Below, in pieces: positions 51,301-60,531 of a stretch of 64,000 nucleotides of DNA (positions within the stretch are counted from its first letter, which is position 1; the number at the start of each line of letters is the position of its first letter). Origin of the DNA: Pseudomonadota bacterium (GTDB taxonomy: Bacteria > Pseudomonadota > Alphaproteobacteria > TMED109). The stretch spans positions 1,056-65,055 of the forward strand of contig JAYYAX010000028.1 of assembly GCA_036042925.1 (NCBI GenBank), given 5' to 3'. The notes below the pieces were generated by a model. That model had not been told where the DNA came from. It saw only the letters and a program-made list of their open reading frames with translations, and searched no databases. The position numbers were made by a program, and so were the translations under genes.

Positions 51301-51918
51301 GGGGCTTTGAGAGATATTAATTTGAAATTTTCTGAAAATTCTATGTTAAGCCCAAACCACCCTGCTCCTGTAGTTGCAGGAAATGTTGAAACGTCACAAA
51401 CATTAATAGATATTTTAAATGGGGCTATAGGAGTACAGGCAGCATGTTATGGTACAATGAGTAATATTACTTTTGGTGATAAAAATTTTGGATATTATGA
51501 AACTATATGTGGAGGCGAGGGAGCATCATACGGACATAACGGAACAGACTCTGTTCATTGCCACATGACAAATACAAGCATAACAGATGCGGAAATTTTA
51601 GAATGGAATTATCCTGTACGTTTAATTAAATTTGCTATTAGAAAAAATAGCAAAGGAATTGGAAAATGGAATGGAGGAAATGGAAGCTCGAGAGAAATAG
51701 AATTTTTAAAAAATCTTGATTTCACAGTATTATCAAATAGAAGAAAAATAGCACCTTTTGGTATAAAAGGAGGCGGTAATGCAAAGAAGGGAAAGAATTA
51801 CCTAAAAATAAAAAATACTCTTAAAAAACTTCCTGCTTCCTGTCATATAAAAGTGAAAAAAGGAAATATAATAATTATTAATACTCCCGGAGGTGGAGGT
51901 TATGGTAAACTAAAATAA
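48364..51918 (+). CDS. oplA: ATP-dependent 5-oxoprolinase / hydantoinase A+B fusion
   Basis: DQGGTFTD, SGPAGG, DMGGTSTD, GPESAG, KERMDFSCA, HIPIHLGSM, HLPD, GNVETSQ, TPGGGGYG. Confidence 0.93.
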   Translation: MKKKWNFMLDQGGTFTDIIAIRPDGEVITQKVLSSQNTYKYNPISYGINLIINQNLAFKKFPIDKINIGTTIGTNTLLERKGEKLLLCVTKGFKDNFIIGNQKRDNLFLRHHIRKPSLYFKVEEIDERISKNGKVLRKINYENSYSILKKNYDLGINSISIILINSFRYPKHELDIKAIAEKIGYKYISCSSEVSPTINYTARGYTTLADNYLNPSIENFTSKVSKFFEKSKISYMQSSGFLTDKKYFSGKTSILSGPAGGVNAGIHIAKKNRKKKIIGLDMGGTSTDVWHYNGETEKRLETKISGIFLKTPVLNISSSAAGGGSLIKYKQKRFLVGPESAGSYPGPACYRNGGPLTVTDCNLVLGRILPDFFPSYFGKNKNKEISVDVAKKKFLKLLKLVKKDYPHINNIQQLADAFLEVAIENICSAIKKITSYKGFDLKDYTLLIFGSASGQLACQVAEKLNIKKIFFHPLSGFLSAYGVGISNIGQTFEMSCEKKLNSKNIKLAIQNIYKVIKKKYNDSRLNYRLRIKYEGSNTVLSIPLNDINERKITQLFKNKHIKTYGFYYEKKNIILDSIEAEASYDQSINFNLKLNKLINSSLAIKLYNKRIIKNINSGSFKNKSHFQGYVLFSDFNTTLVIEKNWKINKKTNGIFEINKIGKKKIKKKSLNNKLKASPEKLEIFNSLFFSVAEQMGEVLKNTAQSINVKERMDFSCALFDHNGDLIVNAPHIPIHLGSMSDTVKYLLKKYKLNFLRGETLLHNDPYSGGTHLPDLTVVKPMLNKEKTKILFFLANRAHHSDVGGITPGSMPAFSKSIYDEGIIFNGFTLLEKKIVLDNKIIQEFKKTDFPSRDPIQNLNDIKAQLASCNKGAIEMEKIISSYSLTTVNKYIAYINKNCSDVIQAVIRKIPKSEFAYKLDNDAFVKVKIKFNNKTKKLEIDFRDCSSLLENNFNTPKAVTKSVVTYFLRTLVKDNLPLNEGALRDINLKFSENSMLSPNHPAPVVAGNVETSQTLIDILNGAIGVQAACYGTMSNITFGDKNFGYYETICGGEGASYGHNGTDSVHCHMTNTSITDAEILEWNYPVRLIKFAIRKNSKGIGKWNGGNGSSREIEFLKNLDFTVLSNRRKIAPFGIKGGGNAKKGKNYLKIKNTLKKLPASCHIKVKKGNIIIINTPGGGGYGKLK

Positions 51919-51923
51919 AGTTA

Positions 51924-51958
51924 TTGCTAATAAATAAATTAATATATAAAATTACACT
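51924..51958 (+). promoter_or_regulatory. Putative sigma70 promoter giving a leaderless mlaA mRNA
   Basis: TTGCTA-N17-TAAAAT-N6-ATG; no SD. Confidence 0.5.
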
Positions 51959-52726
51959 ATGTTTATATATAACATAAAGTTGTATTTAAAAATTTTAGTT
52001 CTCGCTTCTTTTGTCTTAATAACCAATTGTTCAGTAAACGAAAATTATTCAGTCATAGATAAAACACCAGAAGCTGAAGATCCATGGGAAAATCTTAATA
52101 GAGGAACATTTGCATTCAATCAAAAGTTTGATAAGTATCTGCTGTCACCAGTAGCTAAAGGATATAGATTTATATTTCCTTCTGAAATTAGAACAGGTGT
52201 AAGAAACTTTTTAAGTAATCTTTCTGAACCTTGGACATCTGTAAATTCAATTTTGCAGGGCGATTTTACAAATACAGGAAATGCAATTGCTAGATTTTTA
52301 ATTAATTCAACTGCAGGTATTTTAGGAATTTTTGATGTAGCTACCGAAATAGGATTTGAAAAACAAAAAGAAGATTTTGGTCAAACTTTAGCTGTGCACG
52401 GAGTTGGTCCTGGACCTTATCTAATGCTTCCCTTTTTAGGGCCTAGTACTTTAAGAGATGCCTTAGGAAAAATCACTTCTCTTTATGCTGATCCTGTAAC
52501 ATTAGCATTAGAAAGGAATGATAAGGATCAGTGGATTTGGATTGGTATGGCTGTAAAAGGAGTAGATTTTAGGGAACAAAATTTAGAAAAGATAGATAAT
52601 CTAAATGCTACATCTGTAGATTTTTATGCAACATTAAGAAGTCTTTATTTAGAAAGAAGAAGCAGTATGATAAGAAATCAAAATGTAAATGATACTGACC
52701 CTTTCCAAGAATTTGATGTAGAGTAA
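51959..52726 (+). CDS. mlaA: VacJ/MlaA lipoprotein
   Basis: Lipobox ITNC, DPWENLNR, EDFGQTL, GPYLMLPFLGPSTLRD. Confidence 0.96.
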   Translation: MFIYNIKLYLKILVLASFVLITNCSVNENYSVIDKTPEAEDPWENLNRGTFAFNQKFDKYLLSPVAKGYRFIFPSEIRTGVRNFLSNLSEPWTSVNSILQGDFTNTGNAIARFLINSTAGILGIFDVATEIGFEKQKEDFGQTLAVHGVGPGPYLMLPFLGPSTLRDALGKITSLYADPVTLALERNDKDQWIWIGMAVKGVDFREQNLEKIDNLNATSVDFYATLRSLYLERRSSMIRNQNVNDTDPFQEFDVE

Positions 52727-52739
52727 AATAGGAGATATA

Positions 52740-53351
52740 ATGAAAAGTTTATTAAGATATTTATTTATAGTTTTTTTTCTTTTATCACATTCATCTTTTA
52801 GCTTAGACTCAGAAAAATCAAAATCTTTTGTGATTGAAATAGGCAATCAAGCCATTAAAATTTTAAAAATTCCAGTTGATGACAAGCAAAAAAGAAAAAA
52901 TGAATTACAAAATCTACTTCAAGAAAAATTTGATATGAAGTTAATTTCGAGAGTAATTTTAGGAAGCAAGGTTACTCAAAATGCCTCCGAAGAACAACTT
53001 AATAAGTTCACCAAAGTTTTTGAATTACATATTGTTAAAATCTATTCCTCACAACTAGGGACATACAAAGGGCAAGTTTTTACTGTTAATAAAACAGAAA
53101 TTAAGAAAAAAGACGCATTTGTCTATTCTACTATTGAGTCTCCTGATTACCCTGTAACAAATATAGTTTGGAGAATAAGAGAAAGAGAGGGTATCCCTAA
53201 AGTTATTGATATGCAAGTTGAGGGAGTAAGTCTATTGAGAACAAAAAAAAATGATTTTGCAATGGTGTTAGATCAGATAGGGTTGGATGGATTAATTGAT
53301 AAACTCGATCAAATGAATAAAATTTCAGATCTTAAAATTCCTGGCGAATAA
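52740..53351 (+). CDS. mlaC: MlaC/Ttg2D periplasmic phospholipid-binding protein
   Basis: Signal peptide, FD...ISR..LG, WR...KVIDM.VEGVSL; follows mlaA. Confidence 0.92.
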   Translation: MKSLLRYLFIVFFLLSHSSFSLDSEKSKSFVIEIGNQAIKILKIPVDDKQKRKNELQNLLQEKFDMKLISRVILGSKVTQNASEEQLNKFTKVFELHIVKIYSSQLGTYKGQVFTVNKTEIKKKDAFVYSTIESPDYPVTNIVWRIREREGIPKVIDMQVEGVSLLRTKKNDFAMVLDQIGLDGLIDKLDQMNKISDLKIPGE

Positions 53352-53362
53352 GTTTAAATAAT

Positions 53363-54499
53363 ATGATTTTAGGTTCCTTTAAAGAAGATAATATAGGTGA
53401 AGATCGAATAGCAATTTCTCCAGAGACTTGCAAGAAACTTACTAAGTTAGGCTTTTCAGTTTTGATAGAAAAGAACTCAGGTATAAATTCTAGCTTTTCA
53501 AATGACGAGTTTGAAAAGGCAGGAGCTGAAATCAGAGACAATAGAGATTCGATTATAAAGGATTTAGACATTTTATTACAGGTATCTTCTATTCCCAACA
53601 TCAATATCTTGAAATTATCAAAAGATAACTTGATTATCTTAGGTACTTTTAATCCGTATGAAAATTTTAAGGATTTAAAAGAGCTAGCGATTAAAAAAAT
53701 TAATGTTGTTTCATTAGATCTTTTACCTAGAATAAGTAGAGCTCAATCTATGGATGTTTTATCTTCTCAAGCTAATCTTGCAGGTTATAAAGCAGTAATA
53801 TTAGCCTGTAACATATTTAAAAAAGCATTTCCAATGATGATGACTGCAGCGGGTACAATTATTCCTGCTAAATGTCTTGTGTTGGGTGCAGGAGTAGCAG
53901 GCCTTCAGGCTATAGCAACCGCCAAAAGGTTAGGATGCGTTGTTACAGCATTTGACGTAAGACCTGAGGTAGAAGATCAGGTAAAAAGCTTAGGTGCAAA
54001 GTTTATTAAAATTGAAGATAATAATGATTTGGAAAAAAACTCTGTCTATGCTAAAGAAATGACGGAAGAATATAAAGAGAAACAAAAAAATAAAATACAT
54101 CAAAGCGCAAAGGAAATGGATATAATTATTTCGACTGCAATGATACCTGGCAAAAAAGCTCCAATCTTAATTGAAAAGAGTACATTGAAAGTTATGAAGC
54201 TTGGTAGTGTTATCATTGATTTAGCAGGAGCGTCTGGGGGAAATATTGCTGGAACTGAATTTGGCAAGCAAGTAGAAGTAGAAGATGTGATAATTAATTC
54301 TCCAAGTAATTTACCTAGTTTAGTTGCTTTTGACGCAAGTTCTTTATATTCTAAAAATATATTAAACTTCGTCTTGACCTTTTTAAAAGAAGATAAAACT
54401 TTTGATATAAATTCTGATGATGAAATTTTAAAAAAAACACTGATAATTAGGGATGGATTAAAAACAGAGAATTTTTTTGAGGATATAAAAAGTGCTTAA
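53363..54499 (+). CDS. pntAA: NAD(P) transhydrogenase alpha subunit part 1
   Basis: [40 protein letters not shown]...GGN. Confidence 0.96.
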   Translation: MILGSFKEDNIGEDRIAISPETCKKLTKLGFSVLIEKNSGINSSFSNDEFEKAGAEIRDNRDSIIKDLDILLQVSSIPNINILKLSKDNLIILGTFNPYENFKDLKELAIKKINVVSLDLLPRISRAQSMDVLSSQANLAGYKAVILACNIFKKAFPMMMTAAGTIIPAKCLVLGAGVAGLQAIATAKRLGCVVTAFDVRPEVEDQVKSLGAKFIKIEDNNDLEKNSVYAKEMTEEYKEKQKNKIHQSAKEMDIIISTAMIPGKKAPILIEKSTLKVMKLGSVIIDLAGASGGNIAGTEFGKQVEVEDVIINSPSNLPSLVAFDASSLYSKNILNFVLTFLKEDKTFDINSDDEILKKTLIIRDGLKTENFFEDIKSA

Positions 54500-54812
54500 T
54501 GTAGATCCTTCATTGATAAATTTTATAATTTTTGTTTTAGCAATATTTGTAGGATATTTTGTAGTATGGTCAGTAACACCTGCTTTACATACTCCTCTAA
54601 TGAGTGTGACAAATGCCATTTCGGGAATTATTATAATAGGAAGTCTTACACTCTTGTGTTTAGAAAGTGACCTGATAATTGATAATTCACAAAGCATAAA
54701 TATCTCAGCAATTATAGGGTACTTAGCCACAGTACTAGCAAGTATTAATATTTTTGGAGGCTTTGTCGTAACCCAAAGAATGTTGTCAATGTATAAAAAG
54801 AAAAATAAGTAA
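54492..54812 (+). CDS. pntAB: NAD(P) transhydrogenase alpha subunit part 2
   Basis: GTG start; [31 protein letters not shown]. Confidence 0.96.
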   Translation: MLNVDPSLINFIIFVLAIFVGYFVVWSVTPALHTPLMSVTNAISGIIIIGSLTLLCLESDLIIDNSQSINISAIIGYLATVLASINIFGGFVVTQRMLSMYKKKNK

Positions 54813-56203
54813 TGATAGACGCTAATATATCTGCTATCTGTTATCTAATTTCATCAGTTCTTTTTATATTGTCATTGAAAGGGCTATCTTCTCCCGAAAC
54901 TTCACGAAGAGGAAATGTTTTCGGCATCTTGGGGATGAGTATTGCCATTATAACATTAATAATGCAACCTAATAGTACCAACTTCACTTATATGTTCAGT
55001 GCTATTTTGATAGGTGGCCTTATAGGAAGCTTTCTTGGCATAAAAATAAAAATGACAGCAATGCCTCAATTAGTAGCAGCCTTTCATAGTTTAGTTGGAC
55101 TTGCTGCCGTCTTAGTTGCTACAGGAGCATTTCTAGCGCCAGAAAAATTTAATATTTTTGTAAATGAAAAAATTAAAATAATCAGTGCTATTGAAATGTC
55201 AATTGGGCTTGTTATTGGAGCTATTACATTTTCAGGATCTATAATAGCATTTGCTAAACTTCAGGGAATAATGAGTGGAAATCCAATTATTTTTAAATTT
55301 CAACACTTTATTAATGCTTGTTTAGCTTTGCTTACTTTATTATTGATTTATCTTTTTGTTGTTAATCAGGAATTAAATATATTTTTAATATTAGCGATTT
55401 TATCTCTCGTGATTGGTGTTTTAATTATTATTCCAATTGGTGGTGCCGATATGCCTGTAGTTGTCTCTATGTTAAATTCTTATTCAGGATGGGCTGCTGC
55501 AGGAATTGGATTTACTCTTGAAAATATATCTTTGATAATTGTTGGCGCATTAGTTGGCAGTTCTGGAGCTATACTTTCTTATATAATGTGTAAAGCAATG
55601 AATAGATCCTTTATTAGTGTCATTCTTGGAGGCTTTGGAGAAACTTCTAGTAATAAAAATAAAGATCATGTTAATAAAAATGTTAAATCAGGTGGAGCAA
55701 CTGACGCATCTTTTATAATGAAGAACTCTGAAAGTGTAATAATAGTTCCTGGTTATGGCATGGCAGTAGCTCAAGCCCAGCATATTTTAAAAGAAATGTG
55801 TGAGTTGCTCAAAAAAGAAAATATAAAAGTAACTTTTGCAATCCATCCTGTAGCTGGAAGAATGCCAGGACATATGAATGTTTTATTAGCAGAGGCAAAT
55901 GTTCCTTACGATGACGTATTTGAGTTAGAAGAAATAAATTCAGACTTTAGTTCTTGTGATGTTGCTTTTGTCATAGGAGCGAATGATATAACAAATCCAG
56001 CTGCTAAAAATGATCCTACAAGTCCTATTGCTGGTATGCCAATATTAGATATAATATCGGCAAAAACTGTGCTATTTGTCAAAAGGAGTTTGTCTCCTGG
56101 ATATGCAGGGATTGATAATGAAGTTTTCTATAACGAAAATACTTTAATGCTTTTCGGTGATGCTAAGAAAATGGTAGAAGAAATAGTAAAAGAATTAAAT
56201 TAA
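54812..56203 (+). CDS. pntB: NAD(P) transhydrogenase beta subunit
   Basis: MPQLVAAFHSLVG, GGADMPVV, NSYSG, PGYGMAVAQAQ, HPVAGRMPGHMNV. Confidence 0.98.
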   Translation: MIDANISAICYLISSVLFILSLKGLSSPETSRRGNVFGILGMSIAIITLIMQPNSTNFTYMFSAILIGGLIGSFLGIKIKMTAMPQLVAAFHSLVGLAAVLVATGAFLAPEKFNIFVNEKIKIISAIEMSIGLVIGAITFSGSIIAFAKLQGIMSGNPIIFKFQHFINACLALLTLLLIYLFVVNQELNIFLILAILSLVIGVLIIIPIGGADMPVVVSMLNSYSGWAAAGIGFTLENISLIIVGALVGSSGAILSYIMCKAMNRSFISVILGGFGETSSNKNKDHVNKNVKSGGATDASFIMKNSESVIIVPGYGMAVAQAQHILKEMCELLKKENIKVTFAIHPVAGRMPGHMNVLLAEANVPYDDVFELEEINSDFSSCDVAFVIGANDITNPAAKNDPTSPIAGMPILDIISAKTVLFVKRSLSPGYAGIDNEVFYNENTLMLFGDAKKMVEEIVKELN

Positions 56204-56207
56204 TTTC

Positions 56208-56996
56208 TTACCATTTATTTCTTAACCTTCTTAATGCCAAAAAAACCTCTTTGGGGCTTCTGTCTGGAAGACTTTCTCCAGAGTTAATTATGGAGTTTAT
56301 AATTTCATTCTCTTTTAATCTTAAAAAAGTATTTATATTGTATTCATTTTCAAGTGAAGATACATATGAAATGCTAAAATCTTTATTTTTTGATTTTTCT
56401 AAAAGTCTAAGTGCATGTTTATTTTCTGGCTCTAAAGAAAGAGTAAATTCTAAGTTACTTTTAAGGTAATCATGTCCTGGATAAATTTTTGTTTTTTTAT
56501 CTAACTTAATCAATTGATTATAAACTGTGTTATATAAACTAATAGGGTCGCCACCATGATGACAGTTTCCTACGCCGGCATTAAACAAGGTATCTCCACA
56601 AAAAAGACTATTTTGTTGATCCCTTAATAAAAGACATACATGTGACATAGTATGTCCAGGAGTATCAAGAATCTCAATTTCTATAGATTTTCCAAATTTC
56701 AATAATTGTCCTGCTTCAAGTCCAAAGTTCATATTAGGAATTTTATGTTTAGCATTTTTATGAGCATAAAGTTTACTATTAGTTGCATTAATTATTGCTT
56801 CATTACCTCCTATATGATCCATATGTTCATGTGTGTTTATTACCGCGACTATATTTAAACCTTCTTTGACAGCTTCTGCTAGGCATAAATCACTAGCTAA
56901 TGGATCTATAGCAACTGCTTCTCTTGTAATTGGACAACCAATTAGATAATTAAAATTTCTATAATTGTTAAAAGTATAAATTTGTTTTATAATCAT
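56208..56996 (-). CDS. gloB: Hydroxyacylglutathione hydrolase family (MBL fold)
   Basis: THEHMDHIGG, TPGHT, GDTLF..G.G, PGHDY. Confidence 0.9.
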   Translation of the reverse strand: MIIKQIYTFNNYRNFNYLIGCPITREAVAIDPLASDLCLAEAVKEGLNIVAVINTHEHMDHIGGNEAIINATNSKLYAHKNAKHKIPNMNFGLEAGQLLKFGKSIEIEILDTPGHTMSHVCLLLRDQQNSLFCGDTLFNAGVGNCHHGGDPISLYNTVYNQLIKLDKKTKIYPGHDYLKSNLEFTLSLEPENKHALRLLEKSKNKDFSISYVSSLENEYNINTFLRLKENEIINSIINSGESLPDRSPKEVFLALRRLRNKW

Positions 56997-57020
56997 AATT
57001 CTTTCTTTATTGTATATTAT

Positions 57021-58028
57021 ATGAAATCTGGATTAAAAATTATAGTACAAAGTAGTAAATTTTTTTATGACTATTTAAAAGAAAATCTTAATAAAATGCA
57101 CGAAATAAAATATTTTAAAGCTCAAAATAAAGAATTTTTCTCACATTGCAAAAATACAGATGTTCTTATTACCATGAGTTGGGGAAGATCAATGTTCGGA
57201 GGAAAAAAAGCAACTTCCATAGTACCCCAAAAAAAGTTAAAACTGCTTCATCTTCCTGGTGCAGGTTATGACGGCATTGATTTTTCTAAAATCTCTAAAA
57301 ATACTAAAGTTTGTAATGTCTATGGACATGAAATACCTATAGCGGAATATTGTATTGCCAACATGCTTGCTTGGGAAATTAATCTGATTAACAAAGCCAA
57401 TAATTTTAAAAAATTAAATTGGGAAGATAGTTTGATTCTTGGTGCCATGCCACATGGTGAACTTTATAATAAAAAAGTAGGAATTTTAGGATATGGTAAA
57501 ATAGGAAAAGAAATATCAAAAAAATTATCTTGCTTTGATTGCGCTGTTATAGCATTTACTAGAAGAAAAATTAGAAAAAATAAATACCTAAGTGCTGCTT
57601 ACTTAAGCCTCGATCTTAAAAAACATATTAAATCTTTAGACTATTTGATTATAGCTTGCACCCTAAATTCTTCCACTGAAGGTCTTATAGGTGTAGATGT
57701 TTTAAGCGCTATGAAAAAAACAGCAGTTCTTATTAATGTAGCTAGAGGCGAAATTATTAATGAAAAGGATCTATATAATGCCTTAAAGTTAAAGCATATA
57801 GGAGGAGCTGTAGTAGATACATGGTATAAGTATCCAAATGCTACAAGTATAAAGTTCAATCCTTCAAAATATGACTTTCACAAATTAAAAAATATCGTAA
57901 TGACTCCTCATGTTTCCGCATGGAGTAAAAATATGATTGTTAGGCGGGCAAAACTAATAAAACTGAATATTGAAAATCTATATAATAAAAAAAAGCTAAT
58001 AAATGAGATAAAATTCAATAACTTCTAG
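57021..58028 (+). CDS. D-isomer specific 2-hydroxyacid dehydrogenase
   Basis: GAGYD, GYGKIG, INVARG, TPHVSA; ATG 57021 preferred over the overlapping TTG 56982. Confidence 0.9.
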   Translation: MKSGLKIIVQSSKFFYDYLKENLNKMHEIKYFKAQNKEFFSHCKNTDVLITMSWGRSMFGGKKATSIVPQKKLKLLHLPGAGYDGIDFSKISKNTKVCNVYGHEIPIAEYCIANMLAWEINLINKANNFKKLNWEDSLILGAMPHGELYNKKVGILGYGKIGKEISKKLSCFDCAVIAFTRRKIRKNKYLSAAYLSLDLKKHIKSLDYLIIACTLNSSTEGLIGVDVLSAMKKTAVLINVARGEIINEKDLYNALKLKHIGGAVVDTWYKYPNATSIKFNPSKYDFHKLKNIVMTPHVSAWSKNMIVRRAKLIKLNIENLYNKKKLINEIKFNNF

Positions 58029-58212
58029 AACTTTTTCTATGAAGTTTTCGCCATCTTCTAGCAGACTCAGCTTTTTCTCTTGCTTTCTTCTCAGAAGGCT
58101 TTTCGTAAGCTCTTCTTTTTTTCATTTCTCTATACATACCTTCCCTTTGCATTTTCTTCTTGAGAGTGCGTAAGGCATGGTCTACATTATTATCTCTTAC
58201 TATAACTTCCAA
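58015..58212 (-). CDS. rpsU: 30S ribosomal protein S21
   Basis: AAGGAG SD and TTG at 58212: [25 protein letters not shown]...YEKPSEK. Confidence 0.97.
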   Translation of the reverse strand: MEVIVRDNNVDHALRTLKKKMQREGMYREMKKRRAYEKPSEKKAREKAESARRWRKLHRKSSRSY

Positions 58213-58254
58213 AATAATCTCCTTTTCATAAAAATAACTAATTATCATAAACTA

Positions 58255-58289
58255 TTGATAAAGTGAAGCTTTATATTTATATATATTTT
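58255..58289 (+). promoter_or_regulatory. Putative sigma70 promoter giving a leaderless COQ9 mRNA
   Basis: TTGATA-N17-TATATA-N6-ATG(58290). Confidence 0.4.
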
Positions 58290-58892
58290 ATGCAAGATCT
58301 GAAGAAAAAAAATGTACTTTTTAAGAAACTAGAAGTTCACCTAAATAGCACAAAAATAAATAATGAAAATATTGATGCCCTTTTAATTTCTCTAAAAATA
58401 AAAAAGTCTGATTTTTACAATTTATTTCCGAAAAAAATTAACGATATATGCTTCTATTTCTTTGAAAATATATATAATATTTCTAATAAAAAAGTGAAAA
58501 AAAAAGTCCTACTTGAAAAAAGTATTTCTAAAAAGACAAGTCTTTTCCTAACTGAACTCATCAAAAATTTTGACTCGAAAAAAAAAACATCTATTTTCTT
58601 TCTAAGTTATGCAATATTAAATCCATTGTTACTGTCAAAAATTATATACAAAATGTCTAGTAATATTTGGTATGACATAGGAGACCAATCTACAGACTTT
58701 AGTTATTATACCAAAAGATTTATATTATATAATATTATTAGAAATAGTTTTTTTTATTGGAGAAAAACTTTGGACCAAAAAAAAACAATTAATTTTAGTG
58801 AAAGACAAATAATGTTTTTTGGAAAAATAGGTAAAGTAAAATACAGTACTAAGGAATTTTTAGCTAAAAAATTTAAAGTTAATTTTGTATAA
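58290..58892 (+). CDS. COQ9-family ubiquinone biosynthesis protein (rpsU-divergent)
   Basis: C-terminal IWYDIGDQSTDFSYYTKR motif; divergent from rpsU as is usual in alphaproteobacteria. Confidence 0.85.
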   Translation: MQDLKKKNVLFKKLEVHLNSTKINNENIDALLISLKIKKSDFYNLFPKKINDICFYFFENIYNISNKKVKKKVLLEKSISKKTSLFLTELIKNFDSKKKTSIFFLSYAILNPLLLSKIIYKMSSNIWYDIGDQSTDFSYYTKRFILYNIIRNSFFYWRKTLDQKKTINFSERQIMFFGKIGKVKYSTKEFLAKKFKVNFV

Positions 58893-58897
58893 ATAAT

Positions 58898-59962
58898 TTA
58901 ATTTACTATATTTATATGTCCCATTTTTCTTAACTTTTTTATTTTAGTTTTTCCGTAAATATAGATACTATGATTACTTTTATTCAAGGCCTGTTTGTAA
59001 TCATTAAAATTTTCTCCTAGTAAATTTATCATTTTACATTTTTTAGAATAGACTATTTTTGGTATAGGCAGACTAAAAATAGTTCTTACCAAAGCGTCAA
59101 ATTGAGATATGTTACAGCCATCTAAAGTCCAATGTCCTGAATTGTGAGGTCTAGGTGCAATTTCATTAACAATTATTTCTTCATTTTTCATTACAAACAT
59201 CTCCACAGCAAGAATACCAACAATATCTAATTTTCTAATAATTTGTTTAGCTATTTTCTTTGCTTTAGCCAAGCATAAATTTGATAAAGAAGATGGAAAT
59301 TTTGTATTTCTGAGAATTCCTGCTTTGTGATAATTCTCGGTAGGCTCAAAAGTTTTTACTTTACCATTATTTTGTCTTATAGCAATGACGGATATTTCTT
59401 TTTGAAAGGGAATAAATTGTTCAATAATAAATTTATTGGGTACGATATCTAATTTTTTTTTAAAAGATTTCAACTGGACCTTAAATTGACCTTTTCCATC
59501 ATAGCCTAACTTTCTTGTCTTAATAATTCCTGTACCTGAATTTTTTTTTAAAAAATTCTCTATATCTAAAGAATTATTTATAGTTTTATATTTTGCAGTT
59601 TTGATACCTAAACCATTTACAAAGTTTTTTTCCAAATGCCTATCCTGAGAAATTTTCAGTGTATTTATATTTGGGAATAAATTACTTTTTTTCTCTATAA
59701 TTTTTAAACTATTAATAGGAATATTTTCAAATTCATAGGTGATGAAATCACACTTTTTTGCAAACTCTAATAGTTTAGTTTTATTATCATATTTGTAGTT
59801 GTAAAAAGTGTTAGATATATCTTTTGATGGCGCATTTTTATCAGGATCGAAGAAATATGACTTTATTCCAAGTTTTGCAGCCGATATTCCTATCATTTTA
59901 CCTAGTTGTCCTCCACCTATAACTCCCAAGGTATTTTTAAGTTTGATTTTTTCCATTTGCAT
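58898..59962 (-). CDS. purK: N5-CAIR synthase
   Basis: GGGQLG, TYEFEN, GYDGKGQ, NEIAPRPHNSGH, RKMGH. Confidence 0.97.
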   Translation of the reverse strand: MQMEKIKLKNTLGVIGGGQLGKMIGISAAKLGIKSYFFDPDKNAPSKDISNTFYNYKYDNKTKLLEFAKKCDFITYEFENIPINSLKIIEKKSNLFPNINTLKISQDRHLEKNFVNGLGIKTAKYKTINNSLDIENFLKKNSGTGIIKTRKLGYDGKGQFKVQLKSFKKKLDIVPNKFIIEQFIPFQKEISVIAIRQNNGKVKTFEPTENYHKAGILRNTKFPSSLSNLCLAKAKKIAKQIIRKLDIVGILAVEMFVMKNEEIIVNEIAPRPHNSGHWTLDGCNISQFDALVRTIFSLPIPKIVYSKKCKMINLLGENFNDYKQALNKSNHSIYIYGKTKIKKLRKMGHINIVN

Positions 59963-59965
59963 ACA

Positions 59966-60469
59966 TTATGTTGGTTTATATTTGACATTTTCTGTCTGGT
60001 TTTGTTTCCAACTAATTAACTTTTTGTATAAACCTTTGTTATTAATAGATAATATACCTATGGCAAATAATGCTGCATTTTTTGCGCCTGATTTTCCCAC
60101 TGCGAAGGTTGCCGTGGGAACTCCGTAAGGCATTTGTACTATTGATAATAGGCTATCCAGTCCACTCAAAAATTTACTTTCTACAGGAACACCCAAAACT
60201 GGTAAATTACTTAATGAGGCAATCATTCCTGGTAAATGAGCAGCACCTCCAGCACCTGCTATAATGATTTTAATATTTTTTTTTTCCGCTGATTTTGCAA
60301 AAGAATACATTCTATCTGGAGTTCTATGAGCGGATATGATTTTAATTTCATGAGGTACTTTAAATACATTAAGCAAGTCGGATGCTCCTTTCATTGTTTC
60401 CCAATCTGACTGACTTCCCATGATTATACTAATGCTTATATTTTTTTTTGTATTCAATGCGTCTACCAA
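59966..60469 (-). CDS. purE: N5-CAIR mutase
   Basis: MGSQSD, SAHRTP, AGGAAHLPG, SIVQMP. Confidence 0.98.
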   Translation of the reverse strand: MVDALNTKKNISISIIMGSQSDWETMKGASDLLNVFKVPHEIKIISAHRTPDRMYSFAKSAEKKNIKIIIAGAGGAAHLPGMIASLSNLPVLGVPVESKFLSGLDSLLSIVQMPYGVPTATFAVGKSGAKNAALFAIGILSINNKGLYKKLISWKQNQTENVKYKPT

Positions 60470-60531
60470 TTTTTACTTTAAATTATAAGATACTTACTAT
60501 AACTTAAAAATATCATAAATCAAATAAACCT

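Noticed and set aside
58015-58892. COQ9-like gene divergent from rpsU as a novelty
   Set aside because: This is an already described, conserved alphaproteobacterial arrangement
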